Of a stretch of DNA of 55,777 bases, positions 27,907-37,794 are shown piece after piece (the first letter of the stretch is position 1; each line of letters begins with the position of its first letter). The stretch lies in the NCBI GenBank assembly GCA_046594315.1, contig JBKJTA010000041.1, positions 1 through 55,777 on the forward strand, given 5' to 3'. A program made the translations under genes and the position numbers. Origin of the DNA: Aquihabitans sp. (GTDB lineage Bacteria; Actinomycetota; Acidimicrobiia; Acidimicrobiales; Iamiaceae). The notes under the pieces are model-generated. The model was given only the letters and a program-made list of their open reading frames with translations, did no database searches and was not told the DNA's origin.

Positions 27907-29397
27907 TCAGCCGCTGAAGCGGGCGGCGTAGGTGTAGCTGTTGCGGAGGTAGTCGACCAGGGCGGCCTGCGGCTTGGCCTGGTTGGCGGAGATCTGACCG
28001 GGGTTGGGTGCGGCCCGGAGGAGCCCGAACCAGGCGGTGATCACCCGCACCTCGCTTGCCGCCCGGCTCTTCGCCGTGTCGGATTCGGTGAAGTAGGCCA
28101 GGACATCGCCGCGGCTGGCGCCCCCTTGGAGGAGGCGGACCCAGCGAGCCCGCTGGGAGCCGGTGGAGGTCTGCCCGAGCGCCACGGTGTAGAGCCGGGC
28201 CACGTAGGCATCGGCGCTGAGGCCGGCGAACGAGGCGGCGAAGTAGGGGGCGATGCTGCCCAGGCTGCGGTGCCAGCGGGCCTCGATCCAGGTCTGCAGC
28301 CCCGTCGTCGTGGGCCGTGAGCCCAACCCGACGAGGTACAGGCGGGTGATCGAGCCGGCGGTGTCCTGCCAGGACTGGTTGGCCATCAGCTGGGCGATGA
28401 GGGTGGATGGCGGGCTGGTCCGGAGCTTGATCTTCCAGCCGATCACCTCGGCACCGCTGGGCTGGCGGTGGAGGAGGTCCTGGTACTGCTGGCGGATGAA
28501 CAGCGACCCGTCGGGGTCGAACGGACCGAAGCGTCGCTGCAGCCCGGTCCAGGTGGTGGTGGCGGTCAGGCGGCTGTAGACGCCGGGCTTGCCGGGTTCG
28601 GCGCAGCCGTCGCCCCACGACACCACACCGGCGAGGCGCACGCCGGCTCCGGCCGGGACCACGAGGGGACCGCCCGAGTCGCCCTTGCACGAGTCCTGGC
28701 CGCCGGCCAGCGGGCCCGCGCAGACCATGGATGCGGCCCGGAACTCGAACCCGCGCACCGCTCCCGGGCTGGGGGCCGCCGGGTAGGCCGTGGCGCACGT
28801 GTCGTCGGCCTGGATCGGCACGTCGACGAAGCGCTCGATGGTCTGGAGGTCGCTCGCCGCGTCGGAGGTGGTTCCCCAGCCCATGGTGGTGGCGGTGACG
28901 CCGGCATCGTCGAGCGCGCGTTCGGCCGCCGTGATGCCGATCACCTCGATCGACGGCGAGTGGGTGGGCCGGGCCAGGCGCAGCAGGGCGGTGTCGAAGT
29001 CGTTGTCGATGCCGGTGTAGCCCGGGTTGGCGAACACTGCGGCCACCCGGAGCCGCTGGCCACCGCCGTTCTCGGCCAGGGAGTTGGTGCCGGTGAGCAC
29101 ATCGAGGCTGGCGGGATCGAACGGGTGCCGGCTGGTGGGGTCGACCACGCAGTGAGCAGCGGTGAGGATCCACGACCGAGCCAGAACCGATGCGCCGCAC
29201 CGGAAGCCGCTGCGCCGGGTCTTGCCGTGGAACACGACGGCCGCCGACCACGGGAACTGGCCGGGTGTCGTGAGGTTGCCGCCCACGATGCGGGGGCTCT
29301 TGGTGGGCGGGGGAGCCTGTGCGCTGGCGGGCAGGGCGCTGACCGTGGCAGACAGCAACATCAGCGCGGCCACAGCGAGGAGGGGGCGGCGGCGCAT
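27907..29397 (-). CDS. Secreted trypsin-like (S1) serine protease with C-terminal DUF4214-like repeats
   Basis: IVGG, LTAAHC, DTALL and GDSGGP; repeats such as ITRLY..LG and YVARLY..ALG..LAYFTES. Confidence 0.9.
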   Translation of the reverse strand: MRRRPLLAVAALMLLSATVSALPASAQAPPPTKSPRIVGGNLTTPGQFPWSAAVVFHGKTRRSGFRCGASVLARSWILTAAHCVVDPTSRHPFDPASLDVLTGTNSLAENGGGQRLRVAAVFANPGYTGIDNDFDTALLRLARPTHSPSIEVIGITAAERALDDAGVTATTMGWGTTSDAASDLQTIERFVDVPIQADDTCATAYPAAPSPGAVRGFEFRAASMVCAGPLAGGQDSCKGDSGGPLVVPAGAGVRLAGVVSWGDGCAEPGKPGVYSRLTATTTWTGLQRRFGPFDPDGSLFIRQQYQDLLHRQPSGAEVIGWKIKLRTSPPSTLIAQLMANQSWQDTAGSITRLYLVGLGSRPTTTGLQTWIEARWHRSLGSIAPYFAASFAGLSADAYVARLYTVALGQTSTGSQRARWVRLLQGGASRGDVLAYFTESDTAKSRAASEVRVITAWFGLLRAAPNPGQISANQAKPQAALVDYLRNSYTYAARFSG

Positions 29398-29462
29398 CGG
29401 GCGCAGGCTAACCCAGTAACTGGCGCCGTCGGCCTCGCCCAAACGGGTGCGAAAGGCCCCGC

Positions 29463-29786
29463 TCAGCGCCCCTCGGCGACGTTCGACGGAGACCCCGGTC
29501 GGTCGATGTGGATCGGGGTCCAGAAGGGGAAGGTCAGGTGGGCGACGTCGAGGTGGTCGACGATGCGGCCCCGGTCGCGGAGGTCACGCAGGCACGTCGT
29601 CACCCGGTCGAGACCGCCGCCCAGGGTGATGTAATCGGCCACCGGTAACAGGAGCGGCCCGGCATCTGCGTCGCCGTCGCGCAAGACGGCCTCCACCTCC
29701 AACGTGGGTCGGCACGGCTTGGAGCCATCGATGAGGGCGCAGTGGTACACGACAGATTCGAAGACCGAGAAGGCCCGGATGATCAC
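29463..29786 (-). CDS. Hypothetical protein (107 aa)
   Basis: Protein-like composition; fills the gap between genes. Confidence 0.6.
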   Translation of the reverse strand: MIIRAFSVFESVVYHCALIDGSKPCRPTLEVEAVLRDGDADAGPLLLPVADYITLGGGLDRVTTCLRDLRDRGRIVDHLDVAHLTFPFWTPIHIDRPGSPSNVAEGR

Positions 29787-29878
29787 GGGAGCGCCACCAC
29801 GAGGGGCGGCCGCAGGGTGCTCGCGCCGGGCGCAGCGGGCCGGTGGTGGCTCGGGGACATGCCGCTAGGTTCGCCGCC

Positions 29879-30370
29879 GTGCCCTCTATTGCCAACCCCG
29901 CCGACGACGAGCGGATGTTGGCCGACCACGCGTCCCGGCTGGCCGATGGGATCGACACTGCGCTCGGCCCGTGGGTCGAGGCGGTGATCCGGGATCGGAC
30001 CGAGCAATGGCAGCCCGGGTCGTGGCCAGCCTTGGCCGACGCCGCGGCGCAGGCGGGCCGGCAAGCGGCGTCCGAGGTCGGCGCGCGGGTGCGCGGTCTG
30101 CTCGAGCTCGATGTCGACGCGCAGCGCACGGGGCCGCTGGCGGTGCTGCGTGAAGCGGTCCGGTATCCCACGGGGGTGTTGCGCGACGCCGGGGTCCCCG
30201 AGGTCGTGCGCGACGAGTTCGCCGAGCAGATCTTCCCCGACGATGCCTACGACCTCGCCATCGCATCGTTCGCCGACCTCGACCCCGCGCTGCACGAGCC
30301 GGGTCTGGTGTGGGGTGCCGCCAAGGCCCACGTGGTCCTGGCCCGTCGCCGGGCGAGTGGGCAACGGTGA
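29879..30370 (+). CDS. Hypothetical protein
   Basis: TAGGTT 7 nt before GTG; protein-like sequence ending WGAAKAHV; overlaps the next gene by GTGA. Confidence 0.7.
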   Translation: MPSIANPADDERMLADHASRLADGIDTALGPWVEAVIRDRTEQWQPGSWPALADAAAQAGRQAASEVGARVRGLLELDVDAQRTGPLAVLREAVRYPTGVLRDAGVPEVVRDEFAEQIFPDDAYDLAIASFADLDPALHEPGLVWGAAKAHVVLARRRASGQR

Positions 30371-30702
30371 CCGCACCGGCGCCGGCATCGCGTGTGGTGG
30401 CCTACGTGCCGGACCTGATGGACCGATCGCGTCTCGGTCGTCTCGGCAACGTTCCGGTGGTGCATGTTGCGGCGCCGGCGGCGTTGGCGGCCGAGGCCCG
30501 CGCTGGTGACCTGGTGGTGGTCGACCTCGGCCGTCCCGGCGTGTTGGCCGTGCTGGGCTCGGTGGCCGGGCGTGTGGTGGGGTTCGCCAGCCATGTGGAC
30601 ACCGAGCTGGTGGCCGCCGCGCGGGCGGCCGGTTGCCAGGAGGTCTTGCCTCGCTCGCGTTTCTTCGCCACCCTCCCCGCACTGCTGGCCGGGGCCGACT
30701 GA
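30367..30702 (+). CDS. Small receiver-domain-like protein
   Basis: DLVVVDL, VVGFASHV and ARAAGC.EVLPRS resemble a degenerate CheY fold; translationally coupled. Confidence 0.6.
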   Translation: MTAPAPASRVVAYVPDLMDRSRLGRLGNVPVVHVAAPAALAAEARAGDLVVVDLGRPGVLAVLGSVAGRVVGFASHVDTELVAAARAAGCQEVLPRSRFFATLPALLAGAD

Positions 30703-30706
30703 TCGG

Positions 30707-31180
30707 TCAGCGCAACACCCACGCGTCGGGGTCCTTGGCCAGGGCCTCCACGCTCGGGATCAGGTGACCGTCGCGCAGGTCGGCCAGGGTCACGCACTCG
30801 AGGACGGCGCGCAGGTTGGCCCGGACGGCGATCCACGCCCGCTGCAACACCTCGAGGTCATCCGGATAGTCGAGGGCATCGGGGCGTTCGCCGCGCACGT
30901 CGGCCAGCGGTCCTTCCGCAGCGCGGATGATGTCGGCCATCGTGATCTCGGCCGGGGCCCGGTGGAGCCAATAGCCCCCGTCTGCACCGCGGACGCTGCC
31001 CACCAGCTGGCTACGCTTGAGGTCGGCGAGGATGTGCTCGAGGAACTTCGAGGGGATGTCCTGCGCGTCGGCGATGGCCTGGCGGGTGAGCGGCACCGGT
31101 CGGCTGCCGTCGGCCGGGTAGACCCGAGCCAACTCGATGGCGGCGCGGACGGCGTAGTCGACCTTGGCGGTGACGCGCAT
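30707..31180 (-). CDS. Rrf2 family transcriptional regulator lacking the Fe-S Cys triad
   Basis: KVDYAVRA, FLEHIL and SVRGADGGY; only one Cys. Confidence 0.92.
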   Translation of the reverse strand: MRVTAKVDYAVRAAIELARVYPADGSRPVPLTRQAIADAQDIPSKFLEHILADLKRSQLVGSVRGADGGYWLHRAPAEITMADIIRAAEGPLADVRGERPDALDYPDDLEVLQRAWIAVRANLRAVLECVTLADLRDGHLIPSVEALAKDPDAWVLR

Positions 31181-31193
31181 TGTTTGGGGGCCT

Positions 31194-31373
31194 TCAGCTT
31201 TCGTCGAACCGTTGCCAGCCGGCGTCAGTGATGGACCGAGGCTCGAAGAAGAGGCAGAAGTCCGGGCAGGCGAACGGCGCTTTCTCGTTCGCGTCGACGC
31301 GACACCGCTGCACCTGTTCCCCGGAGGGAGTGGTGCGGGTGGAGTAGTGGCGACAGTCCTGGCGAACGGCCAT
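31194..31373 (-). CDS. Small four-Cys protein (59 aa), not in the supplied ORF track
   Basis: Hand translation: MAVRQDCRHYSTRTTPSGEQVQRCRVDANEKAPFACPDFCLFFEPRSITDAGWQRFDES; GGGAG upstream; mostly G/C-ending codons; stop 13 nt before the Rrf2 ATG. Confidence 0.8.
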   Translation of the reverse strand: MAVRQDCRHYSTRTTPSGEQVQRCRVDANEKAPFACPDFCLFFEPRSITDAGWQRFDES

Positions 31374-31459
31374 CGTCCGAGTCTCCCACGCGCGTCGGGC
31401 ACCGATGGCGTCTGCGCCGGTGGACGGGGCGAACAGGGGAACCGATACCCTGAGCGACC

Positions 31460-32812
31460 ATGGCTGAGCGACTGCTGGTGATCGGTGGCGACGCCGCAGG
31501 CATGACCGCTGCCACCAACGCCCGGCGGGCCCGGGCCGATCTCGACATCGTGACGATCGAGCAGGGGGCCTACACCTCGTACTCGGCGTGCGGCATCCCC
31601 TACCTCGTGGGTGGCGCGGTCGAGCAGCTCGACGACCTCGTGGTGCGGACGCCCCAGGAGTTCCGCGACAAACACCGCATCGACGTGCGTACCCGGCACC
31701 AGGTGGTGAGCATCGATCTCGACGCTCGGCGGGTCGAGGTGCGGGCCCTGGATCAGAACCGCACGTTCCACCTCGGGTTCGATCTCCTCCACCTTGCCAC
31801 CGGTGCGGTGCCGGTCCGCCCTGATCTGCCAGGCATTGATGCGCCGTGGATCCTCGGGGTCCAGAACCTCATGGACGCCGCTCGCCTGCTCGAAGCGGTG
31901 ACCGACGCCCCCCGACGTGTGGTCGTGGTGGGCGGCGGATACATCGGCCTGGAGATGGCCGAGGCATTCGTGGATCGCGGCGCGCAGGTCACGCTGGTCG
32001 ACGGTGCCGCCCAACCCATGCGCACCATCGACGTGGACCTGGGTGAGCAGGTGGCCGACGTGCTGCGGGGCTACGGGGTGGAGGTGCGCTGCGGGTCTCG
32101 GGTGGAGGGCTTCGGCGATCACGTGGTGCACACGGCCGATGGCGATCTCCCCGCAGACCTGGTCGTGCTGGGTATCGGGGTGACACCCGCAGCCGAGCTG
32201 GCGGCTCAAGCCGGCCTGGCCCTCGGCGCCAACGGCGCGGTGCAGGTCGACCACCGCCAACGCACGAGCGCCGCGGGGGTCTATGCCGCCGGCGATTGTG
32301 CCGACACCTTTCACCTGGTGAGCCGGGAACGCGTGCACATCGCGCTCGGGACGGTGGCCAACAAGACCGGGCGGGTGGCCGGTGTGAACCTGGGCGGCGG
32401 CTATGCGTCCTTCCCCGGCGTGGTGGGGACCGCCGTCACCCGCGTCTGCGAGGTGGAGATCGCCCGGACCGGCCTGAGCCAGGACGAGGCCAGGCGCGCC
32501 GGTTTCGAGTTCGTGGTGGGGACCGCGGAGGCCACCAGCCGGGCCGGCTACTACCCCGGGGCCAAGGCGGTGACCGCCCGGGTGCTGGCCGAGCGGGTCA
32601 CCGGCCGCGTCATCGGCGCCCAGATCGTGGGGGCCGACCGTGTGGGCAAGCGCATCGACACCATGGCCACCGTCATCACCGCTGGCCTCACCGTCGCCCA
32701 GGTCCTCGACCTCGACCTCGGCTACGCCCCGCCCATCTCCCCGCTCTGGGACCCCTTCCAGGTGGCCGCCCAGAACGCGCTCGGCGCGCTGCGCGCCGGC
32801 CCCACCCGCTGA
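31460..32812 (+). CDS. FAD-dependent pyridine nucleotide-disulfide oxidoreductase (CoA-disulfide reductase/NADH oxidase type)
   Basis: IGGDAAG, single redox Cys SYSACG, GGGYIGLE, YAAGDC and LDLGYAPP. Confidence 0.92.
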   Translation: MAERLLVIGGDAAGMTAATNARRARADLDIVTIEQGAYTSYSACGIPYLVGGAVEQLDDLVVRTPQEFRDKHRIDVRTRHQVVSIDLDARRVEVRALDQNRTFHLGFDLLHLATGAVPVRPDLPGIDAPWILGVQNLMDAARLLEAVTDAPRRVVVVGGGYIGLEMAEAFVDRGAQVTLVDGAAQPMRTIDVDLGEQVADVLRGYGVEVRCGSRVEGFGDHVVHTADGDLPADLVVLGIGVTPAAELAAQAGLALGANGAVQVDHRQRTSAAGVYAAGDCADTFHLVSRERVHIALGTVANKTGRVAGVNLGGGYASFPGVVGTAVTRVCEVEIARTGLSQDEARRAGFEFVVGTAEATSRAGYYPGAKAVTARVLAERVTGRVIGAQIVGADRVGKRIDTMATVITAGLTVAQVLDLDLGYAPPISPLWDPFQVAAQNALGALRAGPTR

Positions 32813-32829
32813 CCGCTGCAGGACCCACC

Positions 32830-35121
32830 GTGACCCTTGCCAAAGACCTCGACCGCCTCCGCGCCGATCCTGGCCTGCACGGGTTCGCGTTCTCCGCTGC
32901 GTGGCGCGCCTGCGTGGACCCGTGGCTCGTGGAACGCTTCGACGCCGCCACCGCCGAATCGGGGCCCGACGGCCTTGCCCTGGTTGCCGTCGGTGGGTAC
33001 GGCCGAGGCGACCTTGCCCCATCCTCCGACCTCGACCTGTTGCTCCTCCACCGATCCCGCACGCCACCGGCCGAGGTGGCCGAGGCCCTCTGGTACCCCA
33101 TCTGGGACGAGGGGCTGAAGCTCGGGCACGCGGTTCGCACGATCGACGAGGCGCTCGAGCTGGCCAGCTCCGATCTCGACACGGCCACGTCGATGCTCAC
33201 CTGCCGGCACCTGGCGGGAGACGCCGAGCTCACCGCCGAGCTGGTCACCATGGCCGCTGCGCAGTGGCGCAAGAAGGCCAAGCGCTACCTCGGGATGCTG
33301 CGCACCTCGGTGGTGGCTCGCCAGGAGCAGTTCGGCGAGGTGGCGTTTCTGCTCGAACCCGATCTCAAGGAGGGTCGAGGCGGGCTGCGAGACATCCACG
33401 CGCTGCGCTGGGCCGAGCAGGCTCGCGGCGTTTTGGAGCAGGGCGACCCCGCGGCCCTGGCCCTGGCCGAGTCGGTGCTCTTCGAAGCCCGAGTGGAGCT
33501 GCACCGGCTGACCAAGCGGCCCAGCGAGAAGCTCACGTTGCAGGATCAGGACGGCGTGGCCAGCGCGCTGGGCTGCACCGCCGATGAGCTCATGGCCCGG
33601 TTGGCCCAGGCGGCCCGCACGGTGGCCTGGATTGCCGACGAGGCGTGGGACCGTGTGGGGTCCTCGTTGTCGGCGGGATCGAGCCTCCTCGGCTGGCGGA
33701 GCCGAGATCGGGCGCCAGGGCTGCTGGTCCGAGACGGCCAGGTGCAGCTGGAATCGAACGGTGACCCGTCCACCCACCCTGAGCTGGTGCTGTCGGCCGC
33801 GATCCTCGCCACCCGCAAGAACGCGCGCATGGCCCGGGCCACCCACGACCAGCTCGTGGCCCGCGCCCCGCTGCCCCCGGAGCCCTGGTCGATCGAGCTG
33901 CGCGATCGGTTCGTGGAGCTCCTCTCGGGCGGTCACGACGCCATCCGGGTCATCGAGGCCCTGGATCACACCGGTCTGTGGGAACGGTTCGTGCCGGAGT
34001 GGGTGGCCGTGCGCAACCGCCCGCAGCGCAACGCCTACCACCGCTTCACCGTGGATCGGCACCTGTTGGAGGCGGTGGCCAACGCCGCCGCCCTCGCCGA
34101 TCGGGTGGAACGGCCCGATCTCTTGCTCGTGGGCACGATGCTCCACGACATCGGCAAGGGCCGTCCGGGCGACCACACCGTCGTGGGCATGGAGCTCATC
34201 TCGGTCATGGGACCGCGCATGGGTTTCGACGCGGCCGACACCGCGGTGCTGATGGACATGTGCCGCCACCACCTGCTGCTCCCCGACGTGGCCACCCGCC
34301 GCGACATCTCCGACGAGACCACGATCGCCTCGGTGGCCGAGGCGGTGGGCGATCGCACCCGCCTCCAGTTGCTCGCAGCGCTCACCGAGGCGGACTCGCT
34401 GGCCACCGGCCCGGCCGCGTGGGGCACCTGGAAGGCCGAGCTGGTCCGTGACCTCGTGCGCCGGGTCGACCACTTCCTGTCCGGGGGAGACCTCGCCGTC
34501 CTGGCCATGCCGGAGTTCCCCGAAGCGGTCCACCGCTCCCTGATGGCCACCGGGGTCACCTCGGTCCGGGCCGAGGGCGACACGATCGTGGTGATCACCC
34601 CAGACCGCCGAGGCCTGTTCAGCCGGGTGGCCGGCGTGTTGGCCCTCAACGGCCTCGGGGTTCGGGCGGCCGATGCTGCCACCGAAGACGGCATGGCGGT
34701 CGAGCAGTTCAAGGTCACCTCGAAGTTCGGCCCCATGATCCCGTGGGATCGGGTGATCGATTCCGTGCACGCCGCCCTGGAGGAGCGCCTGGCCATCGAG
34801 GCCCGGCTGGCCGACCGGATCCGCACCTACGACCTCAAGCGGGCCACCCCGCGCTTGCCGCCGCCATCGGTCCACTTCGACGACGCCGCCTCCCTCACCG
34901 CCACCGTGGTGGAGGTGCACGCTCCCGATCGGGTGGGCCTGCTGTACCGGGTGAGCCGAGCCTTCGCCGAGTTCGACATCGATGTGCGCATGGCCAAGAT
35001 CCACACCCTCGGAGACATCGTGGTCGACGCGTTCTACATCACCCGTACCGATGGCTCGCTCGTGACCGACCCCGAGGCCCGCGCCGAACTGGAGCGAGCG
35101 CTCCTGCACGCGGTGGGGTGA
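32830..35121 (+). CDS. glnD: [Protein-PII] nucleotidyltransferase GlnD
   Basis: AVGGYGR..SDLD, EPDLKEGRGGLRD, YHRFTVD.H, LHDIGKG and two ACT domains. Confidence 0.95.
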   Translation: MTLAKDLDRLRADPGLHGFAFSAAWRACVDPWLVERFDAATAESGPDGLALVAVGGYGRGDLAPSSDLDLLLLHRSRTPPAEVAEALWYPIWDEGLKLGHAVRTIDEALELASSDLDTATSMLTCRHLAGDAELTAELVTMAAAQWRKKAKRYLGMLRTSVVARQEQFGEVAFLLEPDLKEGRGGLRDIHALRWAEQARGVLEQGDPAALALAESVLFEARVELHRLTKRPSEKLTLQDQDGVASALGCTADELMARLAQAARTVAWIADEAWDRVGSSLSAGSSLLGWRSRDRAPGLLVRDGQVQLESNGDPSTHPELVLSAAILATRKNARMARATHDQLVARAPLPPEPWSIELRDRFVELLSGGHDAIRVIEALDHTGLWERFVPEWVAVRNRPQRNAYHRFTVDRHLLEAVANAAALADRVERPDLLLVGTMLHDIGKGRPGDHTVVGMELISVMGPRMGFDAADTAVLMDMCRHHLLLPDVATRRDISDETTIASVAEAVGDRTRLQLLAALTEADSLATGPAAWGTWKAELVRDLVRRVDHFLSGGDLAVLAMPEFPEAVHRSLMATGVTSVRAEGDTIVVITPDRRGLFSRVAGVLALNGLGVRAADAATEDGMAVEQFKVTSKFGPMIPWDRVIDSVHAALEERLAIEARLADRIRTYDLKRATPRLPPPSVHFDDAASLTATVVEVHAPDRVGLLYRVSRAFAEFDIDVRMAKIHTLGDIVVDAFYITRTDGSLVTDPEARAELERALLHAVG

Positions 35122-35165
35122 TCCGGCTGGATCGCCGCTGGCCGGGGCCCGGGTAAGGTCCGCGG

Positions 35166-35840
35166 ATGGCGCGACCGCCCATTACCGAGACCGACCTGCT
35201 GCGGTGGGCCGAAGCCCTCTCCGGCATCGCGCGGACCGGGCTCGGGTTCACCGAGAGTCTCTACGAGCGGGAGCGCTTCGAAGAGGTGCTCGCCGTGGCG
35301 GCAGACATCCGCCACGCCACCGACACCGAGGTGGACCGCGAGGCCCTCGTGGACGAGTGGCTCAAGGGCGTGGGGCACGGCGTGCCCGGCTACGTCACCC
35401 CGAAGGTGGCGGTGGGCGCCGTGGTGGGCAACGACGACGGCGAGATCCTGCTGATCCAGCGCTCGGACTCGGGGGTGTGGCTCTATCCCACCGGCTGGGC
35501 CGACATCGGCTATTCGCCGGCGGAGGTGGCGGTGAAGGAGGTGGCCGAGGAGACGGGGATCCATTGCGAGGTCACCGGGCTCATCGCCGTGCTCGACGGC
35601 CTGCGCCTCGGCTTCACCCGAGTGCCGCTCTACTCGTTGGTCTTCTTGTGTCGGGCCGTGGGTGGCGAGCTGAAACCGCACCCGCTCGAGACCAACGGTG
35701 CCGGCTGGTTCGGTCGCCACAACCTGCCGAGCCCGCTGGCCGGGTTCGAGCAATGGGGTGAGCTGGCCTTCGCGGCGATCGGGGGGAGCCAGGCGCCGGT
35801 CTGGTTCGACGAGCCACGCGACCCGCCCTGGTACGGCTGA
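35166..35840 (+). CDS. Nudix hydrolase with N-terminal Nudix_N domain
   Basis: IARTGLGF..YERERF, GYVTPK and Nudix box GWADIGYSPAEVAVKEVAEETG. Confidence 0.9.
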   Translation: MARPPITETDLLRWAEALSGIARTGLGFTESLYERERFEEVLAVAADIRHATDTEVDREALVDEWLKGVGHGVPGYVTPKVAVGAVVGNDDGEILLIQRSDSGVWLYPTGWADIGYSPAEVAVKEVAEETGIHCEVTGLIAVLDGLRLGFTRVPLYSLVFLCRAVGGELKPHPLETNGAGWFGRHNLPSPLAGFEQWGELAFAAIGGSQAPVWFDEPRDPPWYG

Positions 35841-35843
35841 CGC

Positions 35844-36566
35844 TCAGGGTTTGACAGCCTCGAGCACCAGCGTCTGGTAGCGGTTCCAACCATCGTCGAT
35901 CTGCTCGCCGTGGTGGTCGGCGTCGGCCAATTCGGGGTCATCGGAGTGGCCCACCTCGTGGCGGGTCACCTCGGTCAGCCCGGCGGCCTGGAGCTCGCGG
36001 GTGAGTATCTCCTCGGTGTAGAGGAAGCGGTGCCCGTAGCCGGAGAAGAGGCGGTTGACGGCCCAGATCGGATCGGCGGCGTGGGCCTCGTCGATGCCAT
36101 TGCGCAGGTTCGATCGCCGGGCCAGCTCGGTGGACTCGTCGGTGGGATTCGCGGCCAGCGCCACCACCTTGTCGAAGTCGGGGGTGGCGAGCCGGATGCG
36201 GCCGCCCGGCTTCAACACCCGCGCGCACTCGGCGAGCATGAGCCGCCCGATCGGATGGTCGACGTGCTCGATCATGTGCTCGGTGTGGATGCGGTCGACC
36301 GACGCTTCGGCGAAGGGGAACGGCTCGGAGGCATCGAGGTAGACCACATCGGAGCGGGAGGGGATGAGGTCGGTGGAGAGCCAGCCGTCGACCTTGGTGG
36401 GGCCCGAGCCGATCATCACGCGGAGCCGGTCATTGGCGGCCTGGTGGCGCTTGATCTTGCTCGGCCGCAGGGCTCGCTGCGCCACGATCCAGCCCGATTG
36501 GGTGGTCTGGCTCAGGAACGGTGAGCCGCTCACCAGCTCACGGACACGTCGTGCAGGGCCGGCCAT
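35844..36566 (-). CDS. Class I SAM-dependent methyltransferase
   Basis: IGSG, EHMIEH and RVLKPGG. Confidence 0.85.
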   Translation of the reverse strand: MAGPARRVRELVSGSPFLSQTTQSGWIVAQRALRPSKIKRHQAANDRLRVMIGSGPTKVDGWLSTDLIPSRSDVVYLDASEPFPFAEASVDRIHTEHMIEHVDHPIGRLMLAECARVLKPGGRIRLATPDFDKVVALAANPTDESTELARRSNLRNGIDEAHAADPIWAVNRLFSGYGHRFLYTEEILTRELQAAGLTEVTRHEVGHSDDPELADADHHGEQIDDGWNRYQTLVLEAVKP

Positions 36567-36634
36567 GGGCGGCAACCCTACCGGCCGTCCTCCCGCCCTT
36601 GGGCACGACGGGGTGCGTCCGACGGCGTTGCGGG

Positions 36635-37495
36635 TCAGTCGCCGCGCAGGAAGCGTTCGACCTCTTCCACCAGGACGGCGGGGTCCGAGTCGGCCAGTTC
36701 TTCGAGGTCGTCGGCGTCGGGTGCCTGGTCGGCGGCTTCCTCGAGGCTCGCCACGTAGGCGGCCGTGTCCTCGTCACTGGCCACCAACTCGTCGATCTGG
36801 CGTTCGTAAGCCGCGGTGGCGATCTGGAGGTCGAGGGTGGCGACCGACAGCCCGAGCACCGTGCACGCCCGTTCCAGCAAGGCCAGCGTGGCCTTGGGCG
36901 ACGGCGCACCCGACACGTAGGTGGGTACGGCCGCCCAGAGCGAGGCCGAGGGCTGATCGCCCTGCGTGCAGGTGGCGTGGAGGACGCCGACGATCCCGGT
37001 GGGCCCTTCGTAGGAAGAGCGGGCGAGATCGAGCCGTTCGATCAGGGCGGGGTCGTCGGCGGTGCCGGTGACGGCGGTCGGGCGGGTGTGGGGCACGTCC
37101 GAGAGGAGCGCTCCGAGGGTGAGGAGCATGGAGCAGTCGAGCTCGGAAGCGGCTTCGAGCACGGCCTGGCAGTAGGTGCGCCACCGAAGGTGGGGTTCGT
37201 GGCCAACCAGCACGACGAGGTCGGTGCCGCCGTCGGTGGTGGCGGCCCACAGCTCGGTGTCGGGCCAGGTGATGGTGCGCTTGCCCTCGTCGCCGTGCTC
37301 CACGATCGGGCGGGTGGTGGTGAAATCGAAGAACTCCTCCGCGTCGATGGTGGCCACCAGTTCGGCGCCGTATCGGTCGGCCAACCAGCGGGCGGCCCCG
37401 GATGCGGCATCGCCGGCGTCATTCCACCCTTCGAACGCAGCCACCAGGACAGGCCGGCGGAGCGGGGGGCGATGGTGCCAGCGGAGCGGACTCAC
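36635..37495 (-). CDS. PAC2 family (proteasome assembly chaperone-like) protein
   Basis: AAFEGWNDAG, FFDF..RP, EP..RW, DVPHTRP, YEGPTGI and WAAVP. Confidence 0.92.
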   Translation of the reverse strand: MSPLRWHHRPPLRRPVLVAAFEGWNDAGDAASGAARWLADRYGAELVATIDAEEFFDFTTTRPIVEHGDEGKRTITWPDTELWAATTDGGTDLVVLVGHEPHLRWRTYCQAVLEAASELDCSMLLTLGALLSDVPHTRPTAVTGTADDPALIERLDLARSSYEGPTGIVGVLHATCTQGDQPSASLWAAVPTYVSGAPSPKATLALLERACTVLGLSVATLDLQIATAAYERQIDELVASDEDTAAYVASLEEAADQAPDADDLEELADSDPAVLVEEVERFLRGD

Positions 37496-37524
37496 AGGGC
37501 CCACGCTATCGGCGGCGCGAGGCG

Positions 37525-37608
37525 CGTCGACGGGCACCTTGGGGGGACACCGATCCGTACGCCGGGCCTGGGGGGACATCCAGGCCCGGCCTACGGTACG
37601 GGGGGTCG
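37525..37608 (-). ncRNA. 6C-like structured RNA candidate (hairpin with C-rich loop, three C6 tracts)
   Basis: Minus strand: GACCCCCC, then GCCGGGCCTG-gatgtccccc-CAGGCCCGGC, then GGTGTCCCCCC. Confidence 0.4.
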
Positions 37609-37794
37609 TCAGGCGACCCGACGCTCGGCCGCGGGCGTCAGGGGAACGCTCGCCGAACCGGAGCTCTGTTGAACCCGCCGGACCACCATGGCGGCCTGCA
37701 CGTTCGTGACGTGAGCCGATTCGAGTTCGGCCCGGGCGTTGGCGGTGGCTCCGGCGGCGCCGAAGCCGCGCATGAGGAGGGTGAACCGTCGCAT
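37609..37794 (-). CDS. Small hypothetical protein (61 aa)
   Basis: MRRFTLLMRGFGAAGATANARAELE..; TACCGT 7 nt before ATG, matching the leaderless pattern of the window. Confidence 0.55.
   Translation of the reverse strand: MRRFTLLMRGFGAAGATANARAELESAHVTNVQAAMVVRRVQQSSGSASVPLTPAAERRVA

Noticed and set aside
30707-33067. Apparent 786-aa Rrf2 fusion protein
   Set aside because: Only the last 157 aa are Rrf2; the rest is antisense to the oxidoreductase and overlaps the small Cys ORF. The N-terminal extensions of the MFS, PAC2, GlnD and molybdopterin ORFs are similar artefacts.
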